Under the pieces are notes generated by a model that saw only the letters and a list, made by a program, of their open reading frames with translations, was not told the origin of the DNA and did no database searches. A stretch of 64,000 nucleotides of DNA from assembly GCA_017829005.1 (NCBI GenBank), contig JAGAJF010000148.1:838-64837 (forward strand), given 5' to 3'. Shown piece by piece: positions 28,498 through 38,981 of the stretch. The translations under genes and the position numbers were made by a program. Origin of the DNA: Oscillospiraceae bacterium. GTDB taxonomy: Bacteria > Bacillota > Clostridia > Oscillospirales > Ruminococcaceae. Numbering within the stretch: the stretch's first letter is position 1; each line of letters starts with the position of its first letter.

Positions 28498-28661
28498 ATG
28501 CTCTGCCTTAAAAAGTGAATATTTTGCGTAAATTCGGAAAAATTATGCATTAAAGCCTTGACTTTTCCCACAAAGGGTGTATAATAATAATCAGCAGCGT
28601 TACGGCTTATGTTATGGCGTAAGGGTACGGGCGTACATTTTTTTTACGGAGGTACTGTAAA

Positions 28662-29897
28662 ATGGCAGTAAAAAAGGAAAATATCAAAAAAGTAGTTCTC
28701 GCATATTCCGGCGGTCTCGACACATCTATCATCATTCCCTGGCTCAAGGAAAACTACAATAACTGCGAGGTCATCGCTGTTTCCGCAGACGTAGGACAGG
28801 GTACCGAGCTTGACGGTCTTGAGGAAAAGGCTATCAAGACAGGCGCTTCCAAGCTCTACATAGAGGATCTCAAGGAAGAATTCATTCAGGATTACGTTTA
28901 CCCCACCGTTCAGGCAGGCGCAGTTTACGAGGGCAAGTACCTTCTCGGCACCTCCTTTGCTCGTCCCATCATCGCAAAGAGAATTGCGGAGATCGCACTG
29001 AAGGAAGGCGCTGATGCCATCTGCCACGGCTGCACAGGCAAGGGCAACGATCAGGTAAGATTTGAGCTTGCTATCAAGGCATTCGCTCCCGATATGGCTA
29101 TCATCGCTCCCTGGAGAGAATGGTCAATCAAGTCCAGAGACGAGGAGATCGACTACGCAGAGGCTCACAATATCCCCCTCAAGATAACAAGAGAGACAAA
29201 CTACTCCAAGGATAAGAATATCTGGCATCTTTCCCACGAGGGCCTCGACCTTGAGGATCCCGCAAACGAGCCTCAGTACAGCAAGGACGGGTTCCTTGAG
29301 CTGGGCGTATCTCCCGAAAAGGCTCCCGACAAGGCTACATATGTTACCATTCACTTTGAAAAGGGCATCCCCACAGCTGTTGACGGCAAGGAAATGAACG
29401 GCGTAGAGCTGGTTTCCACACTTAACAAGCTTGGCGGCGAGAACGGTATCGGTCTTGTTGACCTGGTTGAGAACCGTCTTGTTGGTATGAAGTCCAGAGG
29501 CGTATATGAAACACCCGGCGGAACTATCCTCTACAGAGCGCACGAGGCTCTCGAAACTCTCTGCATCGACAAGGAGACTGCAAGGATCAAGTCCTATCTG
29601 GCTATCAAGTTTGCCGATATCGTATATAACGGTCAGTGGTTCACTCCTCTCAGAGAGGCAATGTCCGCATTCGTTTCCGAAACTCAGAAGACTGTTACAG
29701 GCGATGTTAAGCTGAAGCTCTACAAGGGCAACGTTATCAACGCAGGCATCACATCTCCCTACACTCTCTATGATGAGGAAGTTGCTACATTTGACGAGGA
29801 TCACGTTTACGATCAGTCCGATGCAGGCGGATTTATCAACATCTTCGGTCTTCCCACACACGTTAAGGCTAAGCTCGATCAGAAGAGAGGAAAGTAA
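28662..29897 (+). CDS. argG: Argininosuccinate synthase
   Basis: [33 protein letters not shown]. Confidence 0.97.
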   Translation: MAVKKENIKKVVLAYSGGLDTSIIIPWLKENYNNCEVIAVSADVGQGTELDGLEEKAIKTGASKLYIEDLKEEFIQDYVYPTVQAGAVYEGKYLLGTSFARPIIAKRIAEIALKEGADAICHGCTGKGNDQVRFELAIKAFAPDMAIIAPWREWSIKSRDEEIDYAEAHNIPLKITRETNYSKDKNIWHLSHEGLDLEDPANEPQYSKDGFLELGVSPEKAPDKATYVTIHFEKGIPTAVDGKEMNGVELVSTLNKLGGENGIGLVDLVENRLVGMKSRGVYETPGGTILYRAHEALETLCIDKETARIKSYLAIKFADIVYNGQWFTPLREAMSAFVSETQKTVTGDVKLKLYKGNVINAGITSPYTLYDEEVATFDEDHVYDQSDAGGFINIFGLPTHVKAKLDQKRGK

Positions 29898-30061
29898 TTT
29901 CCCGCTTTAAAATTTAAAATAATCTTGTGTTATGCCCGAAACACACCGTTTCGGGCATTGCACTTATTTCGTTTTTATGCTTTATTGAGTAGAACAGAAA
30001 AAGCTTGGAATAATAACAGAAAAAGCCGTATAACGGCATTAAAGAAAGGACGCTCAGGTTT

Positions 30062-30598
30062 ATGAGAACAATTAAAAAAGGAATATTATCCCTGCTGCTT
30101 GCAGCGCTTATGCTGACTCTTGCAGCCTGCGGTCAAGATAAACCCGATTACGAAAAGCTAAAGACCGATATCGTTGGCATATGGTGCGACATCAACGGTC
30201 CCGAGTATTTCGAAAATGACGGAAACCCTTATTATCAGATCTACGAATTTACATCAGGCGGCATACTTGCATATCACACCATAACTCCCGATGTGACTCA
30301 GTATGTAGATGTAAAATACGAGATCAGAGATAATTTCCTCACTGTTGACAATTCAATGTGCAAATTCAGCATTGAGGACGATATCCTTACTATGACCAAT
30401 AATAACGGCGATACAAAATTCCGCCGTATGAGCATGGAAGAGGTCTGCAATTTCGGCGTGGTATATATTGACAGCGGCAACTATGAAAAGCAGCTTGAAT
30501 ACACAGAATTCTTCAAAACCAACTGGCCCGGGGCAGCTCCGTCCGAAGGGGAAATATCTGCCGAAGGTGCCGAGACAGCTGAAAGTCAGGCTTCGTAA
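30062..30598 (+). CDS. Lipoprotein of unknown function between argG and argH
   Basis: Lipobox LAAC; hairpin at about 29934-29958 upstream. Confidence 0.8.
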   Translation: MRTIKKGILSLLLAALMLTLAACGQDKPDYEKLKTDIVGIWCDINGPEYFENDGNPYYQIYEFTSGGILAYHTITPDVTQYVDVKYEIRDNFLTVDNSMCKFSIEDDILTMTNNNGDTKFRRMSMEEVCNFGVVYIDSGNYEKQLEYTEFFKTNWPGAAPSEGEISAEGAETAESQAS

Positions 30599-30632
30599 GA
30601 TCAAAAGCTCCAAACTGAAAGGAATGATATAA

Positions 30633-32018
30633 ATGGCAAAGATGTGGGCAGGACGTTTCTCAAAAGAGGTGGACGAAAAGGTAAATGACTTCAACTCCTC
30701 AATTTCCTTTGACTTCCGTATGTACAGGCACGATATCAAAGGCTCAATGGTGCACGCAAGAATGCTTGGGGAGCAGGGGATAATCGCTCCCGAGGAAAGC
30801 GAGAAAATAATCAATGGACTTGAGGGTATCCTTTCCGACCTTGACAGCGGGAATTTGATATTTGACCCCAATGCCGAGGATATCCATATGTTTGTGGAGC
30901 AGGTGCTTACCGAGCGCCTCGGCGATACGGGCAAGAGACTTCACACCGCAAGAAGCAGAAACGACCAGGTGGCTCTGGATATCAAATACTATCTCAAAGA
31001 TAAGTGCGACGAGATATCAAAGCTTGTTTACGAGCTTATCGAGACGATTATCGAGACCGCTCAGGAGCATTACGACACCGTAATGCCCGGATATACCCAT
31101 CTCCAGAGAGCCCAGCCCGTTACCTTTGCTCATCACATAATGGCATATGCACAGATGCTGACCCGTGACCTTGGCAGACTTGCCGACTGCAAAAAGCGTA
31201 TGGACAGAATGCCTCTCGGCTCCTGCGCCCTTGCGGGAACCACATATCCCTTAAACAGAAAGAGAGTTGCTGAACTCCTTGAATTTGAGGATATCACCTA
31301 CAACAGCCTTGACGGCGTTTCAGACAGAGACTACTGCATTGAGCTTGCGAGTGCAATTTCCATTCTGATGATGCACCTTTCAAGATTTTCCGAGGAGATA
31401 ATAATGTGGTGCAGCTGGGAATTCAAGTTTATTGAGCTTGACGACGCATATTCCACAGGCTCCTCCATAATGCCCCAGAAGAAAAACCCCGACATCACCG
31501 AGCTTATCAGAGGCAAGACGGGCAGAGTTTACGGCGACCTTATGACCCTCCTTTCAATGATGAAAAACCTCCCCCTTGCCTACAACAAGGATATGCAGGA
31601 GGACAAGGAAGCTATATTTGACGCTGTTGACACCGTTAAGCTTTGCCTTTCCACCTTTATCCCCATGTTCAGAACAATGACGGTTTTAAAGGAAAATATG
31701 AGAAAGGCTGCGGCAAAGGGCTTTATAAATGCCACCGACTGCGCCGATTACCTTGTTAAAAAGGGAATGCCCTTCAGAGACGCATACAAGATCACAGGAA
31801 CTCTCGTTGCACGCTGCATTGATCTGGGAACCACTCTTGAGGAGCTTGATATCAAGGAATACAAGCGGCTTTCCGATGTATTTGACGAGGACGTTTACAA
31901 GGCTATCAACCTTGAGACCTGCGTAATGCAGAGAAATGTAGACGGCGGCCCTGCACCCGAGGCTGTTGCAAGGCAGATAGAGAAGCTCAAAGCGGAGCTT
32001 AGAGCATATAATTTCTGA
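30633..32018 (+). CDS. argH: Argininosuccinate lyase
   Basis: MWAGRF, RSRNDQV, GSSIMPQKKNPD. Confidence 0.97.
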   Translation: MAKMWAGRFSKEVDEKVNDFNSSISFDFRMYRHDIKGSMVHARMLGEQGIIAPEESEKIINGLEGILSDLDSGNLIFDPNAEDIHMFVEQVLTERLGDTGKRLHTARSRNDQVALDIKYYLKDKCDEISKLVYELIETIIETAQEHYDTVMPGYTHLQRAQPVTFAHHIMAYAQMLTRDLGRLADCKKRMDRMPLGSCALAGTTYPLNRKRVAELLEFEDITYNSLDGVSDRDYCIELASAISILMMHLSRFSEEIIMWCSWEFKFIELDDAYSTGSSIMPQKKNPDITELIRGKTGRVYGDLMTLLSMMKNLPLAYNKDMQEDKEAIFDAVDTVKLCLSTFIPMFRTMTVLKENMRKAAAKGFINATDCADYLVKKGMPFRDAYKITGTLVARCIDLGTTLEELDIKEYKRLSDVFDEDVYKAINLETCVMQRNVDGGPAPEAVARQIEKLKAELRAYNF

Positions 32019-32037
32019 TTATTTGAGGTAAAGTAAA

Positions 32038-32985
32038 ATGTCATACAAAATTTTCATAGACGGCAAAGAGGGAACAACGGGACTTCGCATTGCCGATCGT
32101 TTCAAAAACAGGAGCGACATAGAACTCCTTGAAATTTCCGAGGAAAAGCGCAAGGACACCGAGGAGAGAAAGAAGCTTATAAATGCTTCCGACTACACCT
32201 TCCTCTGCCTGCCCGATGCGGCAGCAATTGAGGCTGTTTCACTTGTGGAAAACGACCACACCAAGATAATAGACGCCTCCACCGCTCACAGAACAAACCC
32301 CGATTGGGTATACGGTCTCCCCGAGCTTTCAAAGGAGCAGAGACGGGCAGTTGCTGCTTCCAAGAGAACTGCGGTACCCGGCTGCTATGCCAGCGGATTT
32401 AACTGCCTTATGTACCCCATGGTAAGATCGGGAATGATAGCGCCTTACCACCCTGTTATATGCCATGCGGTATCGGGCTACAGCGGCGGCGGCAAGAAGC
32501 TTATCGCAAGATATGAGGACGAAAACAGAGAAAATGAGCTATCAAGCACAAGAGCATATTCTCTTGGCAAGACCCACAAGCACGTTAAGGAAATGATGGC
32601 AGTATCGGGACTTTCCTATCCCCCCATATTCTGCCCCTCTGTGGGAGATTTCTACAACGGAATGGTTGTCACCGTTCCCGTTCATCTGAGAACAATGGCG
32701 AGAAAAGCCACTCCCCACGATGTTTGGGAGATGTTTGCGGAGCATTACGAGGGCGAAAGATTTGTTAAAGTAATGCCCTTCGGTGCAATGGGAATGCCCG
32801 AAGAAGCGGAGCTTTTCTCCAACACCCTTGCGGACACCAATATGCTTCAGATATTCGTTTACGGCAATGACGACCACGTTCTCCTCTGCTCAAGACTTGA
32901 TAATCTTGGCAAGGGTGCAAGCGGCGCGGCTGTTCAGTGTATGAATATTATGATGGGCATTGACGAGGGTACGGGATTGGAATAA
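32038..32985 (+). CDS. argC: N-acetyl-gamma-glutamyl-phosphate reductase (uncommon type-2 form)
   Basis: FIDGKEGTTG, DASTAHR, VPGCY, DNLGKGASGAAVQ. Confidence 0.93.
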   Translation: MSYKIFIDGKEGTTGLRIADRFKNRSDIELLEISEEKRKDTEERKKLINASDYTFLCLPDAAAIEAVSLVENDHTKIIDASTAHRTNPDWVYGLPELSKEQRRAVAASKRTAVPGCYASGFNCLMYPMVRSGMIAPYHPVICHAVSGYSGGGKKLIARYEDENRENELSSTRAYSLGKTHKHVKEMMAVSGLSYPPIFCPSVGDFYNGMVVTVPVHLRTMARKATPHDVWEMFAEHYEGERFVKVMPFGAMGMPEEAELFSNTLADTNMLQIFVYGNDDHVLLCSRLDNLGKGASGAAVQCMNIMMGIDEGTGLE

Positions 32986-32999
32986 ACGGCGGTGCGGCA

Positions 33000-33260
33000 A
33001 TGAGTAAGTACGAAAAGCTGTTCATACAAATTCTGAGCGGAACTCAGGACAACAACATATCATTCGGAGATTTGCAGAAAGCCTTAACCCTTCTTGGCTT
33101 CGTTGTGCGAATAAAAGGCGACCATTATATTTATACAAGAGAAAATGTTGAGGAGATCATCAACATTCAGCCTAATGGAAATAAGGCAAAACCGTATCAA
33201 GTAAAGCAGGTAAGGAATATTATACTCAAGTATAAAATGGGAGGTAATCTTAATGCATAA
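33000..33260 (+). CDS. hicA: HicA-family toxin
   Basis: KGDHYIY (conserved His), KAKPYQVKQVR. Confidence 0.85.
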   Translation: MSKYEKLFIQILSGTQDNNISFGDLQKALTLLGFVVRIKGDHYIYTRENVEEIINIQPNGNKAKPYQVKQVRNIILKYKMGGNLNA

Positions 33261-33462
33261 ATATGAAGTGATTATCTACTGGAGCGAAGAGGACAACAGC
33301 TATATTGCCGAAGTCCCCGAGCTTGCAGGCTGTATGGCAGACGGAGAGTCTATGCTTGCCGCACTTGAAAATGTCCACGTTGTTATAAACGAATGGATAG
33401 AGACCGCAAAAAGTCTCGGACGTGAGATACCTCAGCCCAAGGGCAGACTTGCGTATGCATAA
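33253..33462 (+). CDS. hicB: Short HicB-family antitoxin lacking a DNA-binding domain
   Basis: YIAEVPELAGCMADG, EWIETA, GREIPQPKG; overlaps hicA stop. Confidence 0.88.
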   Translation: MHKYEVIIYWSEEDNSYIAEVPELAGCMADGESMLAALENVHVVINEWIETAKSLGREIPQPKGRLAYA

Positions 33463-33473
33463 AAGGTGATACT

Positions 33474-33845
33474 ATGACCCATACCGAACTCCTTTCCTAC
33501 TGCCTTCAAAAAAAGGGCGCCTATGAAGATCACCCATTCGGTGACGGCTGCACAGTAGTGAAGGTAAAAAAGCGGATATTCGCCCAGCTTTTTATGCTTG
33601 GCGGCGAGCCTATGCTCACCTTTAACGGGGATATCCCCACAGGAGAATTCTACCGCACCATGTTCCCCGAGGACGTAAAACGAGGATATCATTGTCCCCC
33701 CGTACAGCAGCCCTATTTCAATACCGTGAATCTCTCGGGCAGCGTTCCCGACGAGGAACTATTGCGAATGATAGACGGTTCCTATAAATATGTAGTCTCA
33801 AAGCTTACAAAAAAGGTTCGTGAAGAGCTTATGAACGATAAATAA
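33474..33845 (+). CDS. MmcQ/YjbR-family protein
   Basis: EDHPFG, VKKRIFA, RGYH..QQPYFNTV, MIDGSYKYV. Confidence 0.8.
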   Translation: MTHTELLSYCLQKKGAYEDHPFGDGCTVVKVKKRIFAQLFMLGGEPMLTFNGDIPTGEFYRTMFPEDVKRGYHCPPVQQPYFNTVNLSGSVPDEELLRMIDGSYKYVVSKLTKKVREELMNDK

Positions 33846-33871
33846 TTTATAATAAAAAGAAGGTCACTCAT

Positions 33872-35101
33872 ATGGAATTTAAAACCATTGAAGGCGGCGT
33901 ATGTGCCGCAAAGGGATTTAAGGCAAGCGGAGTTTACTGCGGCATAAAGGAAAATCCCACCAAAAAGAACGATATTGCAATGGTGGTATCGGACGTAATG
34001 TGCAATACCGCAGGGGTCTACACTCAGAACAAGGTAAAGGGCGCGCCCGTAATCGTCACAAAGAAAAATCTTGAAAAATCCGGCGGAAAGGCAAAGGCAA
34101 TAATCGTAAATTCCAAGAATGCCAACACCTGCAACGCCGACGGCGAGGAAAAGGCAAACGAAATGTGCCGCCTTACCGCCAAGGCTTTGGGAATCAAGCC
34201 CGAAGAGGTAATAGTTGCTTCAACAGGCGTTATAGGACAGGTGCTGCCCATTGAGCCTATTGTAAAGGCAGTTCCACAGCTTGCAGAAAAGCTCTCCTAT
34301 ACGGGCAACATCGAAGCCGCAACTGCAATTATGACCACCGACACCGTTAAAAAGGAATACGCAGTAGAATTTGAGATAGGCGGAAAGACCTGCCGTATGG
34401 GCGGTATGGCAAAGGGCAGCGGAATGATACACCCCAATATGGCGACCACCCTTAATTTCATCACCACAGACTGTGCTGTTTCCGTTCCTATGCTCCAAAA
34501 GGCGCTTTCGGAAATTGTGAAAATCACATATAACTGCCTTTCCGTAGACGGCGACCAGTCCACCAATGACACCTGTATGCTTATGTCGGACGGACTTGCC
34601 CAAAACCCCGAAATAACTGCCGAGGGAGCGGATTTTGACACCTTCAAAGCCGCACTCTATCAGGTAATGGCAAACCTCACCCGTATGCTTGCAAAGGACG
34701 GGGAGGGCGCAACAAAGCTCCTCACCTGCATATGCTCGAATGCCCCCGACCTTGACACCGCAATAATCGTGGCAAAGAGCGTTATCCGTTCGCCATTGTT
34801 CAAATGCGCAATGTTCGGCTCGGACGCAAACTGGGGACGTGTCCTCTGCGCCATAGGCTATGCAGAAGCTGATTTTGATATAAACAAGGTTGATGTTGAC
34901 CTTGGCTCAAGGGCAGGAAAAATTGCCGTTTGCCGCAATGGCGCAGGCGTGGATTTCTCCGAGGACGAAGCAAAGAAAATTCTCACCGAGGACGAGATAG
35001 AAATTTACATCAGCCTTAATCAGGGAAATGCACAGGCAACCGCCTGGGGCTGCGACCTTACATATGATTACGTTAAGATAAACGGAGATTACCGTTCGTA
35101 A
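33872..35101 (+). CDS. argJ: Bifunctional ornithine acetyltransferase / N-acetylglutamate synthase
   Basis: MTTDT, KGSGMIHPNMAT, DQSTND, KDGEGATK. Confidence 0.97.
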   Translation: MEFKTIEGGVCAAKGFKASGVYCGIKENPTKKNDIAMVVSDVMCNTAGVYTQNKVKGAPVIVTKKNLEKSGGKAKAIIVNSKNANTCNADGEEKANEMCRLTAKALGIKPEEVIVASTGVIGQVLPIEPIVKAVPQLAEKLSYTGNIEAATAIMTTDTVKKEYAVEFEIGGKTCRMGGMAKGSGMIHPNMATTLNFITTDCAVSVPMLQKALSEIVKITYNCLSVDGDQSTNDTCMLMSDGLAQNPEITAEGADFDTFKAALYQVMANLTRMLAKDGEGATKLLTCICSNAPDLDTAIIVAKSVIRSPLFKCAMFGSDANWGRVLCAIGYAEADFDINKVDVDLGSRAGKIAVCRNGAGVDFSEDEAKKILTEDEIEIYISLNQGNAQATAWGCDLTYDYVKINGDYRS

Positions 35102-35112
35102 AAGGTGATGAA

Positions 35113-35727
35113 ATGAAGGACGACATTGACGGCAGATCTGACACTCCCGAGGAGGATATTACAGAGGTTGGATTTTTTGAAAACAGCTTTGCGGAAATAT
35201 CCCCGGACAATGACAGCATTTTCGGCAGAGACCTTCTCCCCTGTGAAAGGATAATATTCACCGCACAGGGAAAAAGCGGAAAAGGCTCGCTTTTTAAAAA
35301 AATTTGTTCCCTTGTCTGGATGCTGTTTGTGATAGTCTGGATACTGACTGCACTGGGAAGCAGAGACGGATTTGCGGCAATTTTCGGACTTCCCCACACA
35401 ATAATTGGAATAATAATGCTGTTCCAAGTGGGCTTTATCCGCACAAAAGTGAGCATTGCAGTTACCGACAAGCGGCTGCTGATAAGATATTTTGGACAAA
35501 CTCAGGCTGTTTATCTTAATCAAGGGGAAAAGCAAGGAAGGGCGATGATACTTCCTACTGATAATGACAGCTATTGGAATATCAGCTTTGAGGGTATCAG
35601 AGGCATAGTTACCCGAAGAGGAGAAGAAAGCGGAAATTGCCTGTTTGATACCTTTGAGCTTCCCCGTGAGGACGCTGTAAAGCTTGCGGGTATCATCGAC
35701 CGCATAATAAAAGGAGAGTACATATAA
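35113..35727 (+). CDS. Two-TM membrane protein with a bPH-like C-terminal domain, between argJ and argB
   Basis: LLPCERIIF, two TMs, AVTDKRLLI. Confidence 0.65.
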   Translation: MKDDIDGRSDTPEEDITEVGFFENSFAEISPDNDSIFGRDLLPCERIIFTAQGKSGKGSLFKKICSLVWMLFVIVWILTALGSRDGFAAIFGLPHTIIGIIMLFQVGFIRTKVSIAVTDKRLLIRYFGQTQAVYLNQGEKQGRAMILPTDNDSYWNISFEGIRGIVTRRGEESGNCLFDTFELPREDAVKLAGIIDRIIKGEYI

Positions 35728-35728
35728 A

Positions 35729-36598
35729 ATGGGAACAGAAAATCTCATATCAAATGAAATACGCTCGCAGGTGCTCATAGATGCCCTGCCCTACATTCAG
35801 AGATATAATGACAAGATAGTTGTCATAAAATACGGCGGCAACGCAATGACCAACGAGGAACTCAAGGACGCTGTAATGAGCGATATCGTGCTTTTAAACC
35901 TTGTAGGCATAAAGACCGTTCTCGTTCACGGCGGCGGACCCGAAATAAACGATATGCTTAAAAGAGTGGGCATTGAGAGCAAGTTCATAAACGGACTCAG
36001 ATACACCGACGAAGCCACGGTGGATATCGTAAAAATGGTGCTTGCGGGCAAGGTGAACAAGGAGCTTGTTTCCCACCTTGCACAGCACGGCGGAAATGCC
36101 CTGGGAATGTGCGGCATTGACGGACAGATGATACTCTGCCACAAAATGGAGAGCGAAGTTGACCTTGGCTTTGTTGGCGAGATAGACACCATAAACACCG
36201 CCCCCATTCTTGATGCCCTTTCAAACGGCTATGTTCCCGTAATATCCACCGTAGCCTGCGACGAGCAGGGTCAGACCTACAACATAAACGCCGACACCGC
36301 CGCCGCAAGAATAGCTGCCGAGCTTAAAGCAGAAAACCTTATCCTTATGACGGATATCGTGGGACTTCTGAGAGACAAGGACGACAACGGCACACTTATC
36401 CCCAAGGTGCAGGTCAGCGAGGTTCCCTTTATGAAGAGACAGGGCATTATCAGCGGCGGAATGATACCCAAGATAGACTGCTGCGTTGAAGCTGTCAGAC
36501 GAGGAGTTAAAAAGACCTGCATAATCGACGGAAGAGTGCCTCATTCCATTCTTATCGAGCTGCTTTCAAATGAGGGAATAGGTACACAGTTTGTATAA
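35729..36598 (+). CDS. argB: Acetylglutamate kinase
   Basis: IKYGGNAM, VHGGGP, NINAD, GGMIPK. Confidence 0.97.
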   Translation: MGTENLISNEIRSQVLIDALPYIQRYNDKIVVIKYGGNAMTNEELKDAVMSDIVLLNLVGIKTVLVHGGGPEINDMLKRVGIESKFINGLRYTDEATVDIVKMVLAGKVNKELVSHLAQHGGNALGMCGIDGQMILCHKMESEVDLGFVGEIDTINTAPILDALSNGYVPVISTVACDEQGQTYNINADTAAARIAAELKAENLILMTDIVGLLRDKDDNGTLIPKVQVSEVPFMKRQGIISGGMIPKIDCCVEAVRRGVKKTCIIDGRVPHSILIELLSNEGIGTQFV

Positions 36599-36611
36599 GC
36601 GGGGGACGCAG

Positions 36612-36684
36612 CTTTATGATCTTCTTTTTTTAATGCAAAGGGACACTTTTATTTAAAGAATAAAGAAAAAAGAATAAATAAAAA
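36612..36684 (+). repeat. AAAGAAT-type AT-rich hairpin element, empty and degenerate, between argB and argD
   Basis: ttctttttt(36622-30) pairs with aaaaaagaa(36666-74); right arm aaagaataaagaaaaaagaataaa. Confidence 0.5.
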
Positions 36685-36714
36685 ATTATAATATATGGCA
36701 AGGAGCTGATACAA

Positions 36715-37884
36715 ATGTCAACCATAGAAAAATTCAACGAACACGTAATGCAGACCTACGGCAGGCTGCCAATTGTCCTTGACAAAGGAAAGGGACGTGA
36801 AGCAGTTGACGAAAACGGCAAGGAATACATAGATTTCGGCAGCGGCATAGGCACAAACTCTCTCGGCTACTGCGACGAAAAGTGGGCAGACGCCGTATGC
36901 GCACAGGTGCGTTCCATACAGCACACCTCAAACTATTTCTACACCAAGGTGCAGGCAGACTTTGCAGAACGTCTCTGCGCTGTCACAGGCTACAAAAACG
37001 TGTTCTTCGGCAACTCGGGAGCGGAAGCAAACGAGTGCGCCATAAAGCTTGCAAGGAAATATTCCTTCGATAAATACGGCAAAGACCGCCACACCATCGT
37101 CACCCTTGTAAATTCCTTCCACGGCAGAACCATAGCCACCCTTTCCGCAACGGGACAGGAGGTTTTTCACAATTATTTCTTCCCCTTTGTGGAGGGCTTC
37201 GTAAATGTTCCCGCCAACGATATTGAAGCGCTTCGCAAGCTCATTTCCGAGGATAAGACAGTCTGCGCCGTAATGTTCGAGTTCGTTCAGGGCGAGGGCG
37301 GCGTAAATCCTCTTGACAAGGCTTTTGTGGAAGAGATTTTCAAGCTCTGCGGCGAAAATGATATCCTTACCATTGCCGATGAAGTTCAGACAGGCGTGGG
37401 CAGAACGGGAACCTTCCTTGCCTCCGAGCAATATGGCGTAAAGCCCGATATCACCTCTCTTGCAAAGGGAATTGCAGGGGGCGTGCCTATGGGAGCCTGC
37501 CTTGCATCGGAAAAATGTGCCGATGTTCTTGTGAAGGGCACTCACGGCTCCACCTTTGGCGGCAACCCCATTGCCTGCGCAGGAGCAAACGCAGTTCTTG
37601 ACCGAGTTACCGAAAAGGGCTTCCTTGAGGACGTAATGAAGAAAAGCGAGTATTTTAAAAAGAAGCTTTCGGAAATTCCCGAGGTTGAGGGCGTTGACGG
37701 CTTAGGCTTAATGCTTGGCGTAAGGCTCAGAACCAAAAAGGCTGCGGATATCCTTTCAGCCGCCGCCGAAAAGGGACTTCTCATTCTCACCGCCAAGGAA
37801 AAGCTACGTTTCCTGCCCCCCCTCACCATCACCTATGAGGAAATTGACAAGGGAATGGAAATACTGGGAGAGCTTTTAAAATAA
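36715..37884 (+). CDS. argD: Acetylornithine aminotransferase
   Basis: NSGAEANE, SFHGRT, DEVQTG, LAKG, GSTFGGNP. Confidence 0.95.
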   Translation: MSTIEKFNEHVMQTYGRLPIVLDKGKGREAVDENGKEYIDFGSGIGTNSLGYCDEKWADAVCAQVRSIQHTSNYFYTKVQADFAERLCAVTGYKNVFFGNSGAEANECAIKLARKYSFDKYGKDRHTIVTLVNSFHGRTIATLSATGQEVFHNYFFPFVEGFVNVPANDIEALRKLISEDKTVCAVMFEFVQGEGGVNPLDKAFVEEIFKLCGENDILTIADEVQTGVGRTGTFLASEQYGVKPDITSLAKGIAGGVPMGACLASEKCADVLVKGTHGSTFGGNPIACAGANAVLDRVTEKGFLEDVMKKSEYFKKKLSEIPEVEGVDGLGLMLGVRLRTKKAADILSAAAEKGLLILTAKEKLRFLPPLTITYEEIDKGMEILGELLK

Positions 37885-37962
37885 TTTTTAATCGGATTTT
37901 AATCTGCGGCTCATATGATATTAACCGATGGGCGGTATACTATCACCAAAGGAGTGATACTG

Positions 37963-38052
37963 ATGCCGAGACTGCCAAGATTTTTCATATGGGATATTAT
38001 CGGAGATATCATTGAAGCCGCCGTTGAAATAATACTCGATCTGATAAACTAA
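37963..38052 (+). CDS. 29-aa amphipathic small protein between argD and argF (not in ORF track)
   Basis: AAAGGAG SD 8 nt upstream; MPRLPRFFIWDIIGDIIEAAVEIILDLIN. Confidence 0.55.
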   Translation: MPRLPRFFIWDIIGDIIEAAVEIILDLIN

Positions 38053-38071
38053 AAAACGGAGGTAAACCACT

Positions 38072-38980
38072 ATGAAGCACCTGCTCAAAATGTCCGATCT
38101 TTCAAAGGCTGATATCATTGATATCTTAAACCTTGCAGACCAGCTCAAATACGAGCTGAAGCACAACATACCCCACCGCCATCTTGAGGGCAAGACTCTT
38201 GGAATGATATTCCAGAAGTCCTCCACACGTACACGTGTATCCTTTGAAACGGGAATGTACCAGCTTGGCGGAAATGCGCTGTTTCTCTCCTCACGTGACC
38301 TGCAGATAGGCAGGGGCGAGCCTGTGCAGGATACCGCACGTGTCCTCTCCCGCTACCTTGACGGAATAATGATACGCACCTTTGCTCAGAAAGAGGTTGA
38401 GGATCTCTCCCAGTTCGGAAATATCCCCATAATAAACGGACTTACCGACTACTGCCACCCCTGTCAGGTGCTTGCAGACCTTATGACTATCCGTGAGTAC
38501 AAGGGACAGTTTGACGGTCTGAAAATGTGCTACATAGGCGACGGAAACAATATGGCAAACTCCCTTATCGTAGGCGGACTTACGGTAGGAATGGAAGTTG
38601 CAGTTGCCTGCCCCGAGGGCTATCGTCCCGACCCCACAGTTCTTGAATTTGCCAAGGCATACGGCAACAAGTTCACCCTTACCGATAAGCCCGTGGAAGC
38701 TGCCGCAAATTCAGACGTGCTTTTCACCGATGTATGGGCATCAATGGGACAGGAGGGCGAAGCGGAAATTCGCCGCAAGGCATTCGCGGGCTATCAGATA
38801 AACGACGAGGTTATGGCAGCCGCAAAGCGTGACGCAATGGTACAGCACTGCCTGCCTGCACACCGTGAGGAGGAAATTACCGCAAAGGTGTTCGAGGCTC
38901 ACGCAGAGGAAATTTTCGACGAGGCAGAAAATCGTCTCCATGCTCAGAAGGCAGTAATGGTCAAGCTGATGAAGTCTTGA
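38072..38980 (+). CDS. argF: Ornithine carbamoyltransferase
   Basis: KSSTRTR, HPCQ, HCLPAHR, AENRLH. Confidence 0.97.
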   Translation: MKHLLKMSDLSKADIIDILNLADQLKYELKHNIPHRHLEGKTLGMIFQKSSTRTRVSFETGMYQLGGNALFLSSRDLQIGRGEPVQDTARVLSRYLDGIMIRTFAQKEVEDLSQFGNIPIINGLTDYCHPCQVLADLMTIREYKGQFDGLKMCYIGDGNNMANSLIVGGLTVGMEVAVACPEGYRPDPTVLEFAKAYGNKFTLTDKPVEAAANSDVLFTDVWASMGQEGEAEIRRKAFAGYQINDEVMAAAKRDAMVQHCLPAHREEEITAKVFEAHAEEIFDEAENRLHAQKAVMVKLMKS

Positions 38981-38981
38981 T

